Under the pieces are notes generated by a model. That model searched no databases. It worked only from the letters and a program-made list of their open reading frames with translations, and had not been told where the DNA came from. From the NCBI GenBank assembly GCA_002633005.1, contig NMRA01000569.1:199774-263773 (forward strand): a DNA stretch of 64,000 bases, in the 5' to 3' direction. Of the stretch, positions 11,656 through 26,070 are shown piece after piece. The stretch is from Phoronis australis. Its lineage: Eukaryota; Animalia; Phoronida. Each line of letters opens with the position of its first letter. Position 1 is the first letter of the stretch. A program made the position numbers and the translations under genes.

Positions 11656-13436
11656 AAAACTTATCAACTTTCTGTTTACATACATTATTCAAAAGGTTGT
11701 ACAAGATGTGGAGTTCAGTCTACTCAGTTTTGTGCCACGGACTTAGCAATACAGATACAAGGATGGAACAATAACTTGTGAAGTGTACTTTTATTTCGGT
11801 AGTGTAAAATGTACATATATGTAAGTGGTGTGTATATTAAAATTAAACACATTTTAAAGTACATTACATCATTGTCTCCACTTGCATTTACTCACTTATT
11901 TTCATAAAATTTTAACAACAAAAAATATATCGTGAAATTGGATGAGAGCCTCAGGTTTAACTGAATTTGAACAATTGTCATACAATTGTAAGATTGCCAA
12001 AATGGCATGATAGACTGCAACAGGTCTATTCTAGTTAATGACTAATATTCTTACATTAGTTTTTACAGAGATAGGGTGTGAATCATTAAAACTGCAACAC
12101 GTTTCAAAAACCCACACTATCAGAACAATTTTAAGACAGATGCACTGTGGGAAATGGGAATCCTGTGCACTCTGGCCTTGCGGGAAGTGTGGCCATGGAA
12201 TGATGAGGGTATATGCAATCAACTTGTTCATTAAAACATACTGGGAGAAAAAGCACCTGAACACTTACAGGGATGCTGGTAATAGTGAAGAATGAATGCG
12301 CCGTTTTGAAAGTGGCTGTAAGCAGACCAATCAACCTCACATTTCAACTGCCATTGAAACTGCATTAATTAAACAGTAGACATGATTTGTGAGTCTTGTT
12401 ACTGTTCTGCACTTTTTGATGGAAGCTTGGTGGTTGGTTTTACAACTTGAGTTAAAGCTCTAGATATGACTTGAGTTGTTTGGAATGGCTTGTAGGTTGA
12501 GTTAGAACACTAAAAGGCATTCTGATCAACAGGAAGACATCTTGCTATCGTACAGTTAACTAAAACAGTGTTCCCCTTTATCTGGAAGAATATGTCCGAT
12601 AACAACTCCAATCTTCCCCAGTTCTTCACTAATAACAAAACGTGGAGAAGTATTGTTGGTGGTAGACATTTTCACATTATACTTGGGTCGATATCAAAAT
12701 TGGTTTTTGAAGATGCATTAACAGCTATAATTCAAGAGAAGTCCCCATATGATGAGCAAGAACAGTTAGGACATATCAATTCCTCCTAATCTCAAAGGTG
12801 AATGCTGTCAAAATGGAACCCCAAATTTCTGCATTTCAAAACAACACAGTTATTGAGTTAAAACACAATTAAATCTGCATGTACTAAGGAATAAGCCCAT
12901 TCTAATTGAAAGCTACATCACCAGTTTCTGTACATGCTGTTCTGCTACACAGTGAGCAGATGAGCAGACTCGACTAAACACACAAGTACAAAAGTGTAAG
13001 AAAATCTGACTAATATTTTTCATTGTGACTATATCTAAAGCTGCACAACATCACAACCATATCGTTCAAGGCCTACCTGATGCTAAATAACAGTGTTTTC
13101 ATAACTTAAATCATAAGCACCAGATGTCCTAGAATGTTACGACATACATTGCTCTGTATGTCTCCAAGTCATACCCTCTTTCCCGTCTAAAAATACACCC
13201 ACATGTTCATGTAATGCTAAAAAATCTCTTCAAAGCTACATGTAAAAGGTAGTTATCAGAACACTTGCTAGTAACTTTCCCAAAACTCTTCAACCAAAGG
13301 CATAGAGTAATTATGAATGGAATGTTAGGCAAGGAGGCAGTTCCTAAATATGCACGTCACCTGCACAGGTTTCGTCACTTTCCAATTGCAGTGTGCTGTG
13401 CACATTTGTTGAAAATTAAACTGGCATTTACTCCGT

Positions 13437-16400
13437 TCACATCTGGGATTTAAGCAACTCCTGCTGTAACAAGACAACACGGTTCACTGCTTTATCTGTG
13501 GCCTCTTGCTGCTGGTTCAGTCGTTTAGCCATATCACTGAGCCGACTTTTGTACTGAGTCTTTAGCTGACTCATCTGCCACCTTAAATCCCTGACCATCT
13601 CTTGAAGTTCTGGTACATTGTCTGGTAGCTCATCACCCTTGTCCTCCTCATCAGACCCTGGGTCATTAGGAGACACTTCCTCCACAAGCCCTGACCTGTT
13701 AGCACGTCTCGCACCACTATTCAAGGACTGTGACCTCCGAGGAGGAGGAATCGGCGCAGGACGCCAAGGCACTGGCTTTGGTCGGAGCATAACATTGTCA
13801 TTGGGGTCACCCAGGCCTGAATCTATTGACATGACACTGTCACTGGCAGGAAGCAAGAGTGGCTGTGGCTCACTGGAAGTAGTGCTCTCTTCAGACTGGT
13901 CACTGGCATCACTCATCGTAGCCTCATTCTGGTCATCTTTAACTTCTAACGATACCTCATTCTGGTCATCTTTAACTTCTAACGATACCTCATTCTGGTC
14001 ATCTTTAACTTCTAATGATACCTCAGAAGAAAAGGAAAAATCAAGATCTTCCAGCTCCTTGACTGATGAAGGAACTCCGGGGGCAGACCCTTCGATTCCA
14101 TTTTCATTGGATGCATTTGACCGATTCGAATTTAAACGAAGCAAATCTCCAGTGCGTATAGAGTTACCTGAGTAATAGTCCATTTTAAAGAGACTCTTGT
14201 GATATCTGATGAGGGCCAGAGTTAGATGCTGTGTTAAGTTCTGTGTTCCCATCATTGACTCAGGGCTATCCTCCTCTGATCGGATGATGTTTGGGCCAAA
14301 GATTAAAGCTAAATTTTCCATTGTCATTTTGTTAACCTCACTACTTTGGCTCACAATGTCCAGAAACTGGGACATGTAGTGTAGCAGTGTGTAGTTGTGA
14401 ACTGGCATCTTTTTGCTGTTCAAAATCTCATCTAACTTTTCCAAACCTTTTTCCACATTTCCATAGCGGAAACTAGTTGCAATGCTTAGGAAATCTTCAT
14501 ACAAAGAAAAGGGAATAATGGGCTCGGGTAGTTTCCTTAGGTACATTTTCAACATGGACGCAGCAGTATGAATGTCGATAGTTTCTAAAGTAAACTTGGG
14601 ACGTTCACCACAGTCGTATTTGTTCCGCAGTTCATTCATCAATGATTCACGTCCAGGCAATCTGAAAAATTATTTATGACACTTCATTATACACAAGTGA
14701 AAATTAATTGACTTTGATATTGAGTTTCCAAAATACAGATATTTTTTCCATTGAAAGTACAGTAATATCTCCTTCCCAAAAAATCAATTGAAGGAATAAC
14801 ATTTCCAAGTTTTTGAGGTGATATTTTTTAGAACAAGTAAGTTACTTAAATCTTATTCTTGTACTGGTAATTTACCCAAGAAAAAATTTCTTGAGGAGAG
14901 AGTAAATAAACTTTGGGTTTTTGAAAATAACTATTACTGAATAGCTAACCACATCTTGGTCACAAGACAATCCCACACAAAAACGACACCCTTTTCCAAG
15001 CTATATTTGAGCTACATATTAAAACAAAGTAATGAACCTGAATATTCCAACCGTCTCCAGTCCATGTTTCTTGATGAATTCAGCACACTCCTCCACCACC
15101 TGGGGTACCCTTTGTCCGCGGTTATGGTGGATTTCATACTTCATTGTGTCTCGTAAGCTCTGCCCAAAAATACCTAATTTATATAAAATAATTCAATTAA
15201 AGTAATTATATGACCTGGAACCTCAGAGAAATGTACAACCTTTAAACACTCCAGATCTCCAACAAACAGATATAACCCATAATGTTCAACACATAACACA
15301 GAAAGCTAGAAATTTGTCAAAGGAAGGCATTCTAATTATCTGTTGCAAGAGAACTCAACTAAAACATGAAAAGGCAACAGCAGCCCCCTCTATGTTTCTG
15401 TGTCGTAAGAAATACTTGAATGTTTCACAAATATTGATTTGACATCTTTCCATTAACCCTTTGAAGATAAATTCAGTGCAATTCAAAACATCCCAATCAT
15501 ATCATTTAAGTTACAGAGGTGCTAGATGAATTACTTTGTTGTATAATTTTCCTTATCAAAGTAATAGTTTTATAACCTATATCACACCTGTGATGCCTAA
15601 CTTCAGTTTGACGACCATGTGAAATATGTCTTATTTGATGGCTATTTTCATTATTTACAAATAACATTATTGTAAAAAACTTCCCTCTAAAATGCAAAAA
15701 AAAAATGAGCCCACAAACTGAGTCCTCAATTAAGCATATTGAAACTTGGTAGAAATGGGTAAAATATAAAACAAATGATTGGAGAGAATGGCACAGCACA
15801 TACGTTTCCTCAGAAAAGCACACCACTATCTAATGTCCTGTGTCCAAATTAAAACAGTTTTATAATGAGTAAGTCACAATAAAAATGATCAGTCAAAAAT
15901 GACAAAAAAGACAACTGATCAACAGCTGCTGTTATCCAGGAATTTTCTTATAAGTTAAGTTAGCCTACAGCAAGTGAGCCAACACAAAACAAAAACCAAG
16001 TATTGTTTCCTTCCAGTTTCACTTTCACTGATCTACGTTTGACACAATTATAACAGGAATCTAACCTCCGCCCACATGTGCATACATGACACGTCGCAAA
16101 GCTGTCACCCATTCTTGCCTCTCTTCCTTAGAACTTGCCCAGATAGGATATGTGTCGTGAGATGTTGTCATCCGAGATCCATCACCTATGCAAGCACAAA
16201 AGTACGCAAATTCTTATTAATTTTTTGTTAAATATGACATTTCTGCTCCAAACTAATTGTGATTTGTTATAATCAAGATCTCAAACTAGATGCTTCTGGC
16301 TACGATCAAGGCTAGAAGTTCCCATAAATATAAAAACAGACACAAACAGTAAGCGCAACACCAATAAATTCTGGTTAATCAATCACAGCTCCAACCATTA

Positions 16401-19400
16401 CAAGGAGCCAAGGGTAACAGATGACCTCTGTGACCCTGTCTATGTTATCTACATTTAGCACCCTGTCATTACTCGTGCTGGAAGTGCAACTGAACTGTTA
16501 TTATTTCATTAAACCCTGTTTCCTTGTAATGATCAAAGCTGTGATGAAGATCCGGAATCATATTGATGTTTTTTTACTGTTTGTGTCTGTGTTTAAAAGT
16601 ATTGTCATTCAGACAGTTACAACATAACCTAGATCACATTTAGAAATGTCTTACTCAAATCGTGAGTGTTACAAATATTAGTTGGGAGCTGAAATCATGT
16701 TCTTTTACACGAAACTTGCCTCAAGGAAGGAATGCTACGTCTGCCATTGTGACACAACTTGGACCCACAAACAGGAATAGAAATGCAGTCACATCACATT
16801 TTCCAAACTATTTTTTCCAAGTCAGGTAACCACAGGGGCAATTTAGCACTTGAAATTTTAACAAAATTGTGTTTGGATTAATCAGTCCAGTTATAACGAC
16901 AACACCCACTGCGTGCTCACAGGGAATTCACAAAGATTACAACTGACAAGGTCCATGGGCACATTAGGCAAATTGTACGCTAACAGGACTTGCACGAAAG
17001 TGGACGAGAAAGCGTGAACTGTTTACCCCCAGAGTATTCTTCAGCTTATCAAAGGTTTGGTGGTGCTGTCATGGATCAAAGTGAGCTAGTTGTTATTCAC
17101 AAGCTTGGCTGAACATATTGGATGAGATAATTGCAGTCGTAAACCAACACGCCTGTTAAGCGTACAAGCCAAAAAAATGAACAATAACTAATGCAAACAA
17201 CCAAATTTGAAAAGTAAATACTGGAAAGTAGGAGTCTTTGACTTTTTAAAATTGGTGCATTGCATAATAAGATATATTAGTGGCTAAGCCACAAGCATTA
17301 ATTTGTGAACTGATTAGGACGGGTTAGTCACAGTTTAGTAGCTTAGGTTCGCTTAACCATTAGGTAACAAAACCTCAAATGTTAGCGTAGGAGTTGTCTC
17401 ATGCAGGTAATAACTTTCAAAGTGCCTGGTAATTTACAACACTATGAAAATCTGGCCTATTTATTATTACAGTTGTTTTTAACTTTGGCATTTTAATTTC
17501 ATTCGACTGTGTCCAAAACGTCAAAATGACGTCCTACTAAACAAGCTTTCTTGAACACATAATTCCCTTTGATTTTATGGCCTTAATAAAAAACACTGTG
17601 AGGCCAGACAGATCTCACGTCAGGCATCACTTGATGTTAAAGATGACCCAGGCTCATGGCAGTAAGGATGGCACAAAAAGACAACATTACAGGTTTCACA
17701 TTAAAATCACATAATGAAAAAATATATACAATTTACAATTGTTCGGTACTTTATCTCTCATTTGACATCTTCAGGGCAGATCCATAAAGGGTGGAGAAAC
17801 ATCATATAGGTAAGAACTTGATCTCCTACACACAATGAAAATACATTGTGCCAATGAGTATTTTCCTCACTTTGTGCGAGTAACCCACATAAAGCTATGA
17901 TTCTGAGCTACAGTTCACTTGAGGATGACACCTCAGCTAGCAGCTTCTCTACACCTGCCTTTCCATATATCATATTGCGTTCTAAACTCAGGAAGCTATA
18001 TCGTCCAAAAAAGTAAAGAATCGGCGTGCGTTCAGTAACGCTAGGACTTAGCTAAAATCTAGCTAAAGTCACGTGTTCTCACTTAAAATACACAGCAATA
18101 TCTCATGTAAACTCGCAAAGTCTTGCTTTTTAGCGAGGTCCTAGTGTTACTGAACAGGAGGCTGGTATTGAGTGTTGAGGTTTTTGTCTTTTCAGTCTTC
18201 AAGCATTCCTAAGAACTGAGGAGACACTAATGAAGATTCTGTGTGTCCACTCCAACAAACAAGAATTTATCAAGCGACAGAGTGTACATGACAATAATGT
18301 TAGATTGACTATCATCTGCGTGACATTTAGAATTCAAATGTTTCAACATGTTATGTCTATAACTGTTCGTCATGAGTTGTGAAGATGATTAACCTTTGAA
18401 CTTTTAACACCGACTAATGTAGTCACACAAGATAATGAGAATGGAATAACCAGCTATTGTTATCAACTAAATTCTAAATTCAAAATCTGCAGTATTTTAT
18501 AATACACTGGTAAGACTGACTATCAAATGTGAGTGTGCATACATGTTTCAACACTAGCTAGTAAGTGGTGCAAATAAAGCTTGTAAAGATTGTTAACATG
18601 TTAATGAAAGAAGGTAATGTGCAGACAGAGAAGAGGTAAATGCAAAGTGCCATTGATAAGGGTGACTTTTTCATGACCAGGCTACACCTTGTGGTCATGC
18701 AATAAGAAGATTGAGGGGTAGCTACAAATGACCAGGCTGTGCCTTGCGGTCATTCAAGAAGTAGACTAAGGGGTAGCTGCATATGGACCAGGCTGTACTT
18801 TGTGGTCAAGCAGTAACCATCAGGCCTTCATGCAGCGTACATCCAAATGGATGCCCTAGCACTAATCTGGCTGCCCTGGCAAGGACGCCCGATATATCAT
18901 TCGGATGCCCACAGTCAATCAGAATTTATCCCTGTGGACACCCACATTGTAAGATTAGTAGGACTCCCAATTAATCTGAAAAAGAGAAGTTGGCCCTTTC
19001 AACTCGGAAAGAAACATACAGTGTATATAAAATTTTGCAATGTTCAAACTATTTAAGTAGACCTGTCAATGGTTAGCACCCATTTGGTTGCCAGGGTGTC
19101 TCTGCTTTCAGTGGTCTTCAATCTCACTGTAATTCAGTACTTTATACAGGGACACCAACCTTGGTTAACTCCAAACTGGTGTTTCGGAGCTGTAGTCTCA
19201 CGTTTTTCATCTTTTTTTAAAAACATCAAAAGTGAAATAAATGTCATTATTTTGATAGTACGATGTGCCACAAGAATGTCCCCATTTATAATGTTTGAGT
19301 TTGCGGCCGTTTCATGCTTTTCTATGCACGGCTTAATATGGAGCAGCAGTGATACCTGTTGCCAAAATGTAAATCACGCATCATCTGAGCATTTTTCTTG

Positions 19401-22400
19401 TGTTGGTAACAGCAGCTTCGATGACTCATTGTACAGAATATGAAGCTAGTTAAGATATGATCAACTTTATAATAGCAATTTGACTCGAGATCAACCAAAA
19501 ACAATGCACTCTTCGTTCAACCAATATCTGTATTGTCTGTAATACCTGTTTGGTAAGCTGTTTGACTGTTCTCGTAAATATAAACATAAAAGTCTTGTTC
19601 CACACATTTTTTTTAATAAAAAAGCTCACTACAAAGGAACTGTTTTTGTAAACTTAGAAGTAAAAGTCTTTTTCAACGCATTTTTTGTAAAAAAACCTCA
19701 CTGTGTGGGGGGGGGTTACTGGTGAATGGTGGTAGGGAGTGAGGGTAATGCGTCGTTGGAATCATGAACGGCACGCCCTGGAATATTGGGAACCCCATTT
19801 TGGACACCCTATTTTTGAAATCCTGTATAAAGCCCTGGTAAGCATACCAAGTACATTAAAACCTAATCACCTAATTCATCTATGAATTGGAGACCAAATT
19901 CATCTATGAATTGGAGACCAGCTGATAACCATCCCTAACTAACCAAAACCCCACTCAGAACACAGATCTCATCAAAACAATTGTTTGAAGCCCACACAGT
20001 TTAAGGATAAATTGAACAGGTCAACATCAAGATGAAATTTAATTAAGTTTGCAGATGCAAACCTAGTTGCTGAAGTAATCAGTTAACTCCATTGGCTAAG
20101 AATATTCTTGGGCATGCTCCAGCATGCATTGCAAACTTAGAATTTATAAAGATAAAAATTAACTCCCAGTCAATTACTGGAATGTTGCAAATAGACGAGC
20201 ACAATGTTATACATCGATTTAAATCAAATGGAAGATCAAAAACAAGAAAAACAGTTAACTTGGTTAGAATTGACAAACCCATTAGAATAAACTTTTTTAA
20301 TAAGTTTGATTTTCAACCCACATTTAACAACAGGTGATCACAAAATAACTATTTGATAGTTTGCACATTATTGAACAGATGGCTGCCCAACCCTGCCCAC
20401 TTTCTCTGTGTACAATTAATCTGAGATCTTCAACAGAAGGCCTTCACATAGGCAAATTGTATTACTTAGTAAACAAAACTTTGCAATAAGAGTAAAACTT
20501 TCACCACAGTTATTAGCAATAATCATGATCAATTTTGGAAATTGTGGTCATTACAACAATTACAAAAAGTTTAAAAATGACAAATATGGAAACTGCAGTA
20601 ACCCATGAAAATTTCCAAAGGTAGTTGTTCCACAATAGTAATGATTTTTGATAAAAATGGTGCCTTGCATAAATCTAGGGGGACACTTGGTTTTCAGACC
20701 AAGGGTCACAAACAGTCAACAAGCGAAGTGAAAGGAAATCATCGCTCATTGTTTTGTCTCCGATTTTTAAATGTAGTTCTTAACAGAATCCAAGGGCCTG
20801 GTTTTAACAACTTTGATCAAGAGGAGAATGCTTCGCCCTGGGTATGTACAATAAAAAGGGATGACAAACATGCGTAGAAACAAGTCCTCCTTCATTATTA
20901 AAACCCCATTGACTGTACAAATAGAGAGTAGAAGTTAACCGTATTAACAGTAGCCTTACTTTTGCTTTTGAACAGATTTTATCCATAGAAACACCATGAC
21001 CTATAATAATAATTCCCAACAGTCTTTTGAATTGAACGAAAAGATTCTGGTGAACAATAGAACAAAATTTTCTGCAGTCCCTTATTCGTGTAATTAATCA
21101 ACAAATTTATTACGGGATTTCCACTGAAGTTAACATCCTAAGGTACATACACAGCCTAGATTCAGCCGAGGTGAAGACTTCACACAAAAGGCAAACAGTG
21201 TCTTTTGATTTAAAAAAGTCAATATCTGTTTCAGTACACTGATTTGATTTTGAATCACTGGGAAAAGTAATTTATAGCTTAAATACTGAAGTTGGAAACC
21301 GGCAAACTCACAGAAGAACCTGTCCAAAATGTCACTAAAGGGTGCTACAACATTCAAACCTGTTCAGCCATGCACTTCCCAGGAGCGACATATCTGCCAG
21401 AGTGGGTTGGCCAAAAGAGAAGTGAAGGTCAAAAACTTGAAAAAACAATGAAAATAGTCACTAAGTGGTATGCATTAAGTCAAATCCATCGGAATATGGT
21501 TAATAGAAACCTATTTGTCAAATTTCATGAAAATCTGTTCAGGAACTCTGAAGATACAAAGGAAAACATTATTGAAAAGGGCAATCTTAAGTGATTCGGC
21601 AGACATTTGCTCAGTTCATCAATTCTTAAATTCAGACATTCCATTTTTCACTTTCTACTGCTGCCCACCATGCGGTCAGGTGGCCAGGACTTTCACATCC
21701 CCACATACCGGGTTTCCTTATTTTGGTAAGCTCATTTCTCAGGTCACATTTGGCGAGTTGACATATGCTAAGCATTCAGCCACGACAAAAATTGTGAGAG
21801 CAAGTGTGGTGACAAGTTTCACTACAAAAAGACATAAAGGGCTTAAACTTAGCTCAAAAATAATAAATTTCCAAAATGTCTCCACAGTTGATACTATACA
21901 GGTTAGAACCAAGCAAGAACGATGACGCACAGATCACACCATAATACAGCCCATCCAAGGATGGGTGTATTAAAATGTGTCCCAGCTGATGCACCCATAA
22001 AGTCAACGCAGCCTCAGGTGAACACTGTTAAAGGTGACATAAACCAGTCCTCTGATTATTAAGGAAACTAGATACTTAATTGAGGAAACTAACTATTATG
22101 AAACTGGTCTGAACTTGGATTAGGGATTTTTGAGATTGGAGAGAAATATCAGTTGGTTAGTGCCTAAGACAATATTCAGTGCCTAAAATGATAAGGTGTG
22201 TCTTGTAAAGTTAATGAGTCTGGTCTCAAGTAATAATGAACTATAAATTCTCCCAAACCTAGAAATCCCCTTTTACAAGATGCAGCATTTGTAACTGAAT
22301 TTTTAAGACAAAGTACAATAATTCTCATATTTAACTTGCTGATTTCATTCTGCACACTCAATATCATTTGTAAAAATATAATATTTTGTCCCTCACCTTC

Positions 22401-24511
22401 TTTGCACGAGGATATTTGGTGTGAATTTCTTGTCACCCTGAATTTGCACACAATCATGCAGTTTTGAACTTGGGGGAAGTATCAACGCATAGCCGAGTTT
22501 TCAATTCTTTGTGTTAATAAGGTATAACACTGTATAATTCCCACTTAATTCATTTATTCATACCAGATATCTCACGTTATTGTCTTCTGTTACTAAAGTA
22601 CGTTTATACAACAAAAGTTGACACGAATCAGTTGACATGGAACGAGATGATCGGGCACAAGTATTTGAGTAAACAGAACTGACACGGAGCACATTGACAC
22701 CATGGTCACAACTTTTGTCACCCGTTCTTGACAAGTTGCATGCGATCCTCTTGCTCCTTGTCAACTATACATCTAAATGCAAATATGGGGCAAGGCGAAA
22801 GGGATCATCACTATTGCGCTTGCAAAAAAATGCTCATGTATAAATATAGGTGATCATTTTCGCGTAATTTCTATGATTTGCCTGTCAGCTGTTTAGTGGC
22901 TTATGTTTTAACATTAACCAGAGAATTGTCAGAATATTACATTCAGTTAACAGTCAAGACTGTGTTCAATTCAAATGCTTGGTTATGTAAGGTCTACAGA
23001 TAAAAACTTTAATCAGCTTATCAAAAAATTCATTGAAGCAAAATTCAATGTTACGAATTACATATAACAATAACAATAATGAACTGTGACTACCGCAATT
23101 CGCAGGAGCACTTCACATTCTTGCCAACAACTTTTGCCTGTCACCGTTTCTGAGTTGCGTGTGCAAACGAATGCTTCAAACTGATCATTACCTTGTGTCA
23201 TGTCAGTTGGGCCGTGTCAAAACAGGACTTTAGAGTCATATCGTCAAAAGAGCATTTAAACACTAACGGGGAAAAGTTCTCTTGTACTAGAACAGGATAA
23301 ACTAACTAAACTTTATTAATGTTCATTGGATCATGTTGGCAACATGTAAGCCCCACTTCATTCAATCTACACATAGGCAGTAGGCAATGCTTGGTTACTC
23401 CATTAAGCAGATCTGCCCCATTCACCAAGGCGTCAAATCTACCGCTTTACCAGTAATTTATGCATTTGCAACACTTGACGGCCTAACATTAGTCTGTAAA
23501 TTAATCACGCCCAATTACCATTAGAGAACAGAGATAGAACTTTCCCCTAACCCAAAACATTCCTCTCTTAGAAAGCACAGGCACTTTTCCCTAAGGTGAA
23601 TGAAGAGATTTGAGGACAGCCATACGTAAGAAGGCAAATCCAATATCTGACGAACATTCACACATGAAAATGTGCTCAGACCGTGGATCTGTTTAATGAT
23701 TAGCCAGCATGCAAACACTGAACAGGTAAGGAACTGGGTAAGGAACTAGGTGAAGAATAGGTTGAGTTGAGATCAATTCCATAAGGGTAAGTAGCCTAAA
23801 TCAAAAGTTACTTCATCACAACTTTATCAAAAAGTTAAGGTTGTTACAGCTTTATGGTTGGGAGGTTGTTCCACTACAACTAATTCCCTTTGCATCTACT
23901 TGAATTGTAATAATAAAAAACAAAAAATTCTGCCAACATAAATTAAAATTCATATAAGGCCAAAAAAGCAAAGAACTTGTCTTCTGGTTGTTGCCTCATT
24001 TTCACACCTGAACTCATGAACCACACCAAAACAGAGGCCCGAATCAATTTCAGTCAAGGTCTAGTGTTTTTTTGAAAAGCTACACATGGCACGTATGCAA
24101 GAGTAAGCAAGGTTTGAAAGGCCACGATTTGACAAGCAATGAATAAAAAACAAATCCTGCATCATTTTTGCTCCTCTGCGGTAGATTCTCTTTTTTGAAA
24201 AAAGAAGACCAGAACCAAAATGCTTTTGTGGCCTAATCATTATTTTACCACCACATACCAGCAACAATTTCAAACATGTATTTTCCAGGATCATCACGGT
24301 TGAAGGGATGTTCTTCAATCTTATTGCCTGAAAGAGGAATACATCCCAAAGACTTTGTTTCCTCTTCATCCTTGTAATAAAATAACAGATCTCCTCTTAT
24401 TACAAACCAACGCCTTTGCCAGTTTTTAACAACGCCACCTTGTTTTTTCAGCCAACCAGATTTTACTGCTGGTTGAATTACTGGCGAATCATCTCTGCGT
24501 TTGGTAGTCAT
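13437..24511 (-). CDS. Rho GTPase-activating protein, ARHGAP22/24/25 (FilGAP)-like: PH domain, RhoGAP domain, C-terminal coiled coil
   Basis: Coding exons (minus) 24511-24259, 16185-16066, 15173-15038, 14661-13437 with matching phases. PH motifs KSGWLKKQGGVVKNWQRRWFVI and EERQEWVTALRRV. RhoGAP start GGGIFGQSL, arginine finger GIFRLPG, DIHTAASMLKMYLRKLPEPIIP and NKMTMENLALIFGPNIIR. Confidence 0.94.
13922..14025 (-). repeat. Coding 33-bp tandem repeat (EVSLEVKDDQN x3) in the RhoGAP last exon
   Basis: Three near-identical units of cctcattctggtcatctttaacttctaacgata; frame is preserved. Confidence 0.92.
18023..18162. mobile_element. Small TIR MITE
   Basis: gttcagtaacgctaggacttagctaaa and tttagcgaggtcctagtgttactgaac are inverted repeats. 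Confidence 0.65.
18673..18812. repeat. Degenerate 55-bp tandem repeat, about 2.5 copies
   Basis: gaccaggct...ttg(t/c)ggtca...ggggtagct recurs at about 55-bp spacing. Confidence 0.7.
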
Positions 24512-24760
24512 ATCTCTGAAACAGAAACAATTTATTTAGAAAAAATTCTGTTAAAATGTACGTTTTTATAGCTTGGTAACAAGAGAGTCACTGCTGAACA
24601 TTCTAACGCGGGTACCTCACTGGCCTAATCTAGTAGCTGTTTAAATATGAGAATCAATGAAAGTAAATCTAAACCATGTCACTTGCCACTTAAAGTGAAC
24701 TGGAAACTGTTTTTTCAATGATGCTTATCTTTTGATAAAAGGACTTTGCTCTCCAAACAA

Positions 24761-25256
24761 CAGGGCTTGGAATAACCCATGACAAAAAAAACAGAAATTT
24801 TTTCATGCGCGCACCCAGCCTTGAAAAAAGGGGGGCTCGAAATTTTGTCGATGTGGACCTTTTGCCGACAAAACGTCAGGAATAAAAAAAGTACCACCTC
24901 CACAAGCGTGCGACTGCGTCTTTTTAGCTAGTCTGTCCACTCCCAACTCCACACATTTTTGGCAGCAGAGTCGTAGTATTTGTCACCACGATTTACAATC
25001 TCACGAGATGCCATTGAAGAAAACCACGCTATCCCAGGTGCCCCAGCAATGATGACAATTTACATTCCTCCGAAACATAAAGAGCAACTTCTGCTTTTCA
25101 AGGTGAAAGTCATCGGCAACGCCGCGGTAAGAAAGAAATTTGCCACGTAAATTTTATATCAAATCCGATTTTTTAAGCAGAAATATAATAAAATACGCGG
25201 ACAGAACATTTGAAAAAAGCGGAAATCCATGTTTCCGCGGAAAATTTCAAGCCCTG
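24761..25256 (-). mobile_element. MITE with hAT-like TIR and 6-bp TSD (copy 2, inverted relative to copy 1)
   Basis: TIR CAGGGCTTGGAAT...ATTTCAAGCCCTG. AAACAA is repeated at 24755-24760 and 25257-25262. Confidence 0.88.
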
Positions 25257-26070
25257 AAACAAGTAGTACAATTTAAGGTCTACTGCTACACAGCTTGTCT
25301 TTGTCCTCACTCAAATAAGAAGGAGTTTCAGGGCTAGGGAAGTACTGACAAATTTGCTACTGTTTGAGACCATGCTCGGTACATAAATTTATGAGGTTTG
25401 ACAAACCAATTTGTTAAGCATGATCTCAAGCAAGTCAATTCTTTCCAAGCACACATTTAATGTAAGTACTAAAAAAAAGCAATTTGAGAACAAGTGGTGT
25501 AAATCTAAAATTTATAGCAGCATATACACTCATCTACAACTAAAAATTATGACAATAGTCAATCTGATTTCAAAACATCCTTCTTTAAATTTTGTTTTAG
25601 GGTCAAAGATACTTGGTCACAAGTCAAAAAACTTGTCAAAGAATTTCGCAAATTGCATTATTCTCTCACTTACAAAATACAACATTTCATGCTGTGATTT
25701 TCATTAACATGTTATTCATCTGCATAGAAAGTATTTATTACTTTGCTCTAGAGAAACATATACAGGATTTTAAACGTGCTAACAAATTTGCTATGAAATT
25801 TTCGAGGGCTCGTTTTTAATAAGAGTGTTGAAAACAGGTCATTTTTCAGGTTATAAATTTTGAATAAATCCAGAAACATGCTAGATTTCAAAAACTCAAA
25901 TGGCAAGTCAAAATCTACCACTTGAGACTGTTTCATGACTTTCTGGTGAAACTGGTATATTGTTTTGCTCACCCTGGACCGGACAGCCATCCTATTCAAG
26001 TATTTTGCGAATGTTGCTTGGTTCTCAAAACACAACACAGCAGTAAACAGGGATAGCTAACAAAGTTATA

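Noticed and set aside
11379-11746. Pro-rich, Thr/Ser-rich and Val/Glu-rich overlapping ORFs
   Set aside because: Alternative frames and the antisense strand of the GAR1 RGG exon.
13618-14175. 185-aa plus-strand ORF
   Set aside because: Antisense shadow of the RhoGAP last exon.
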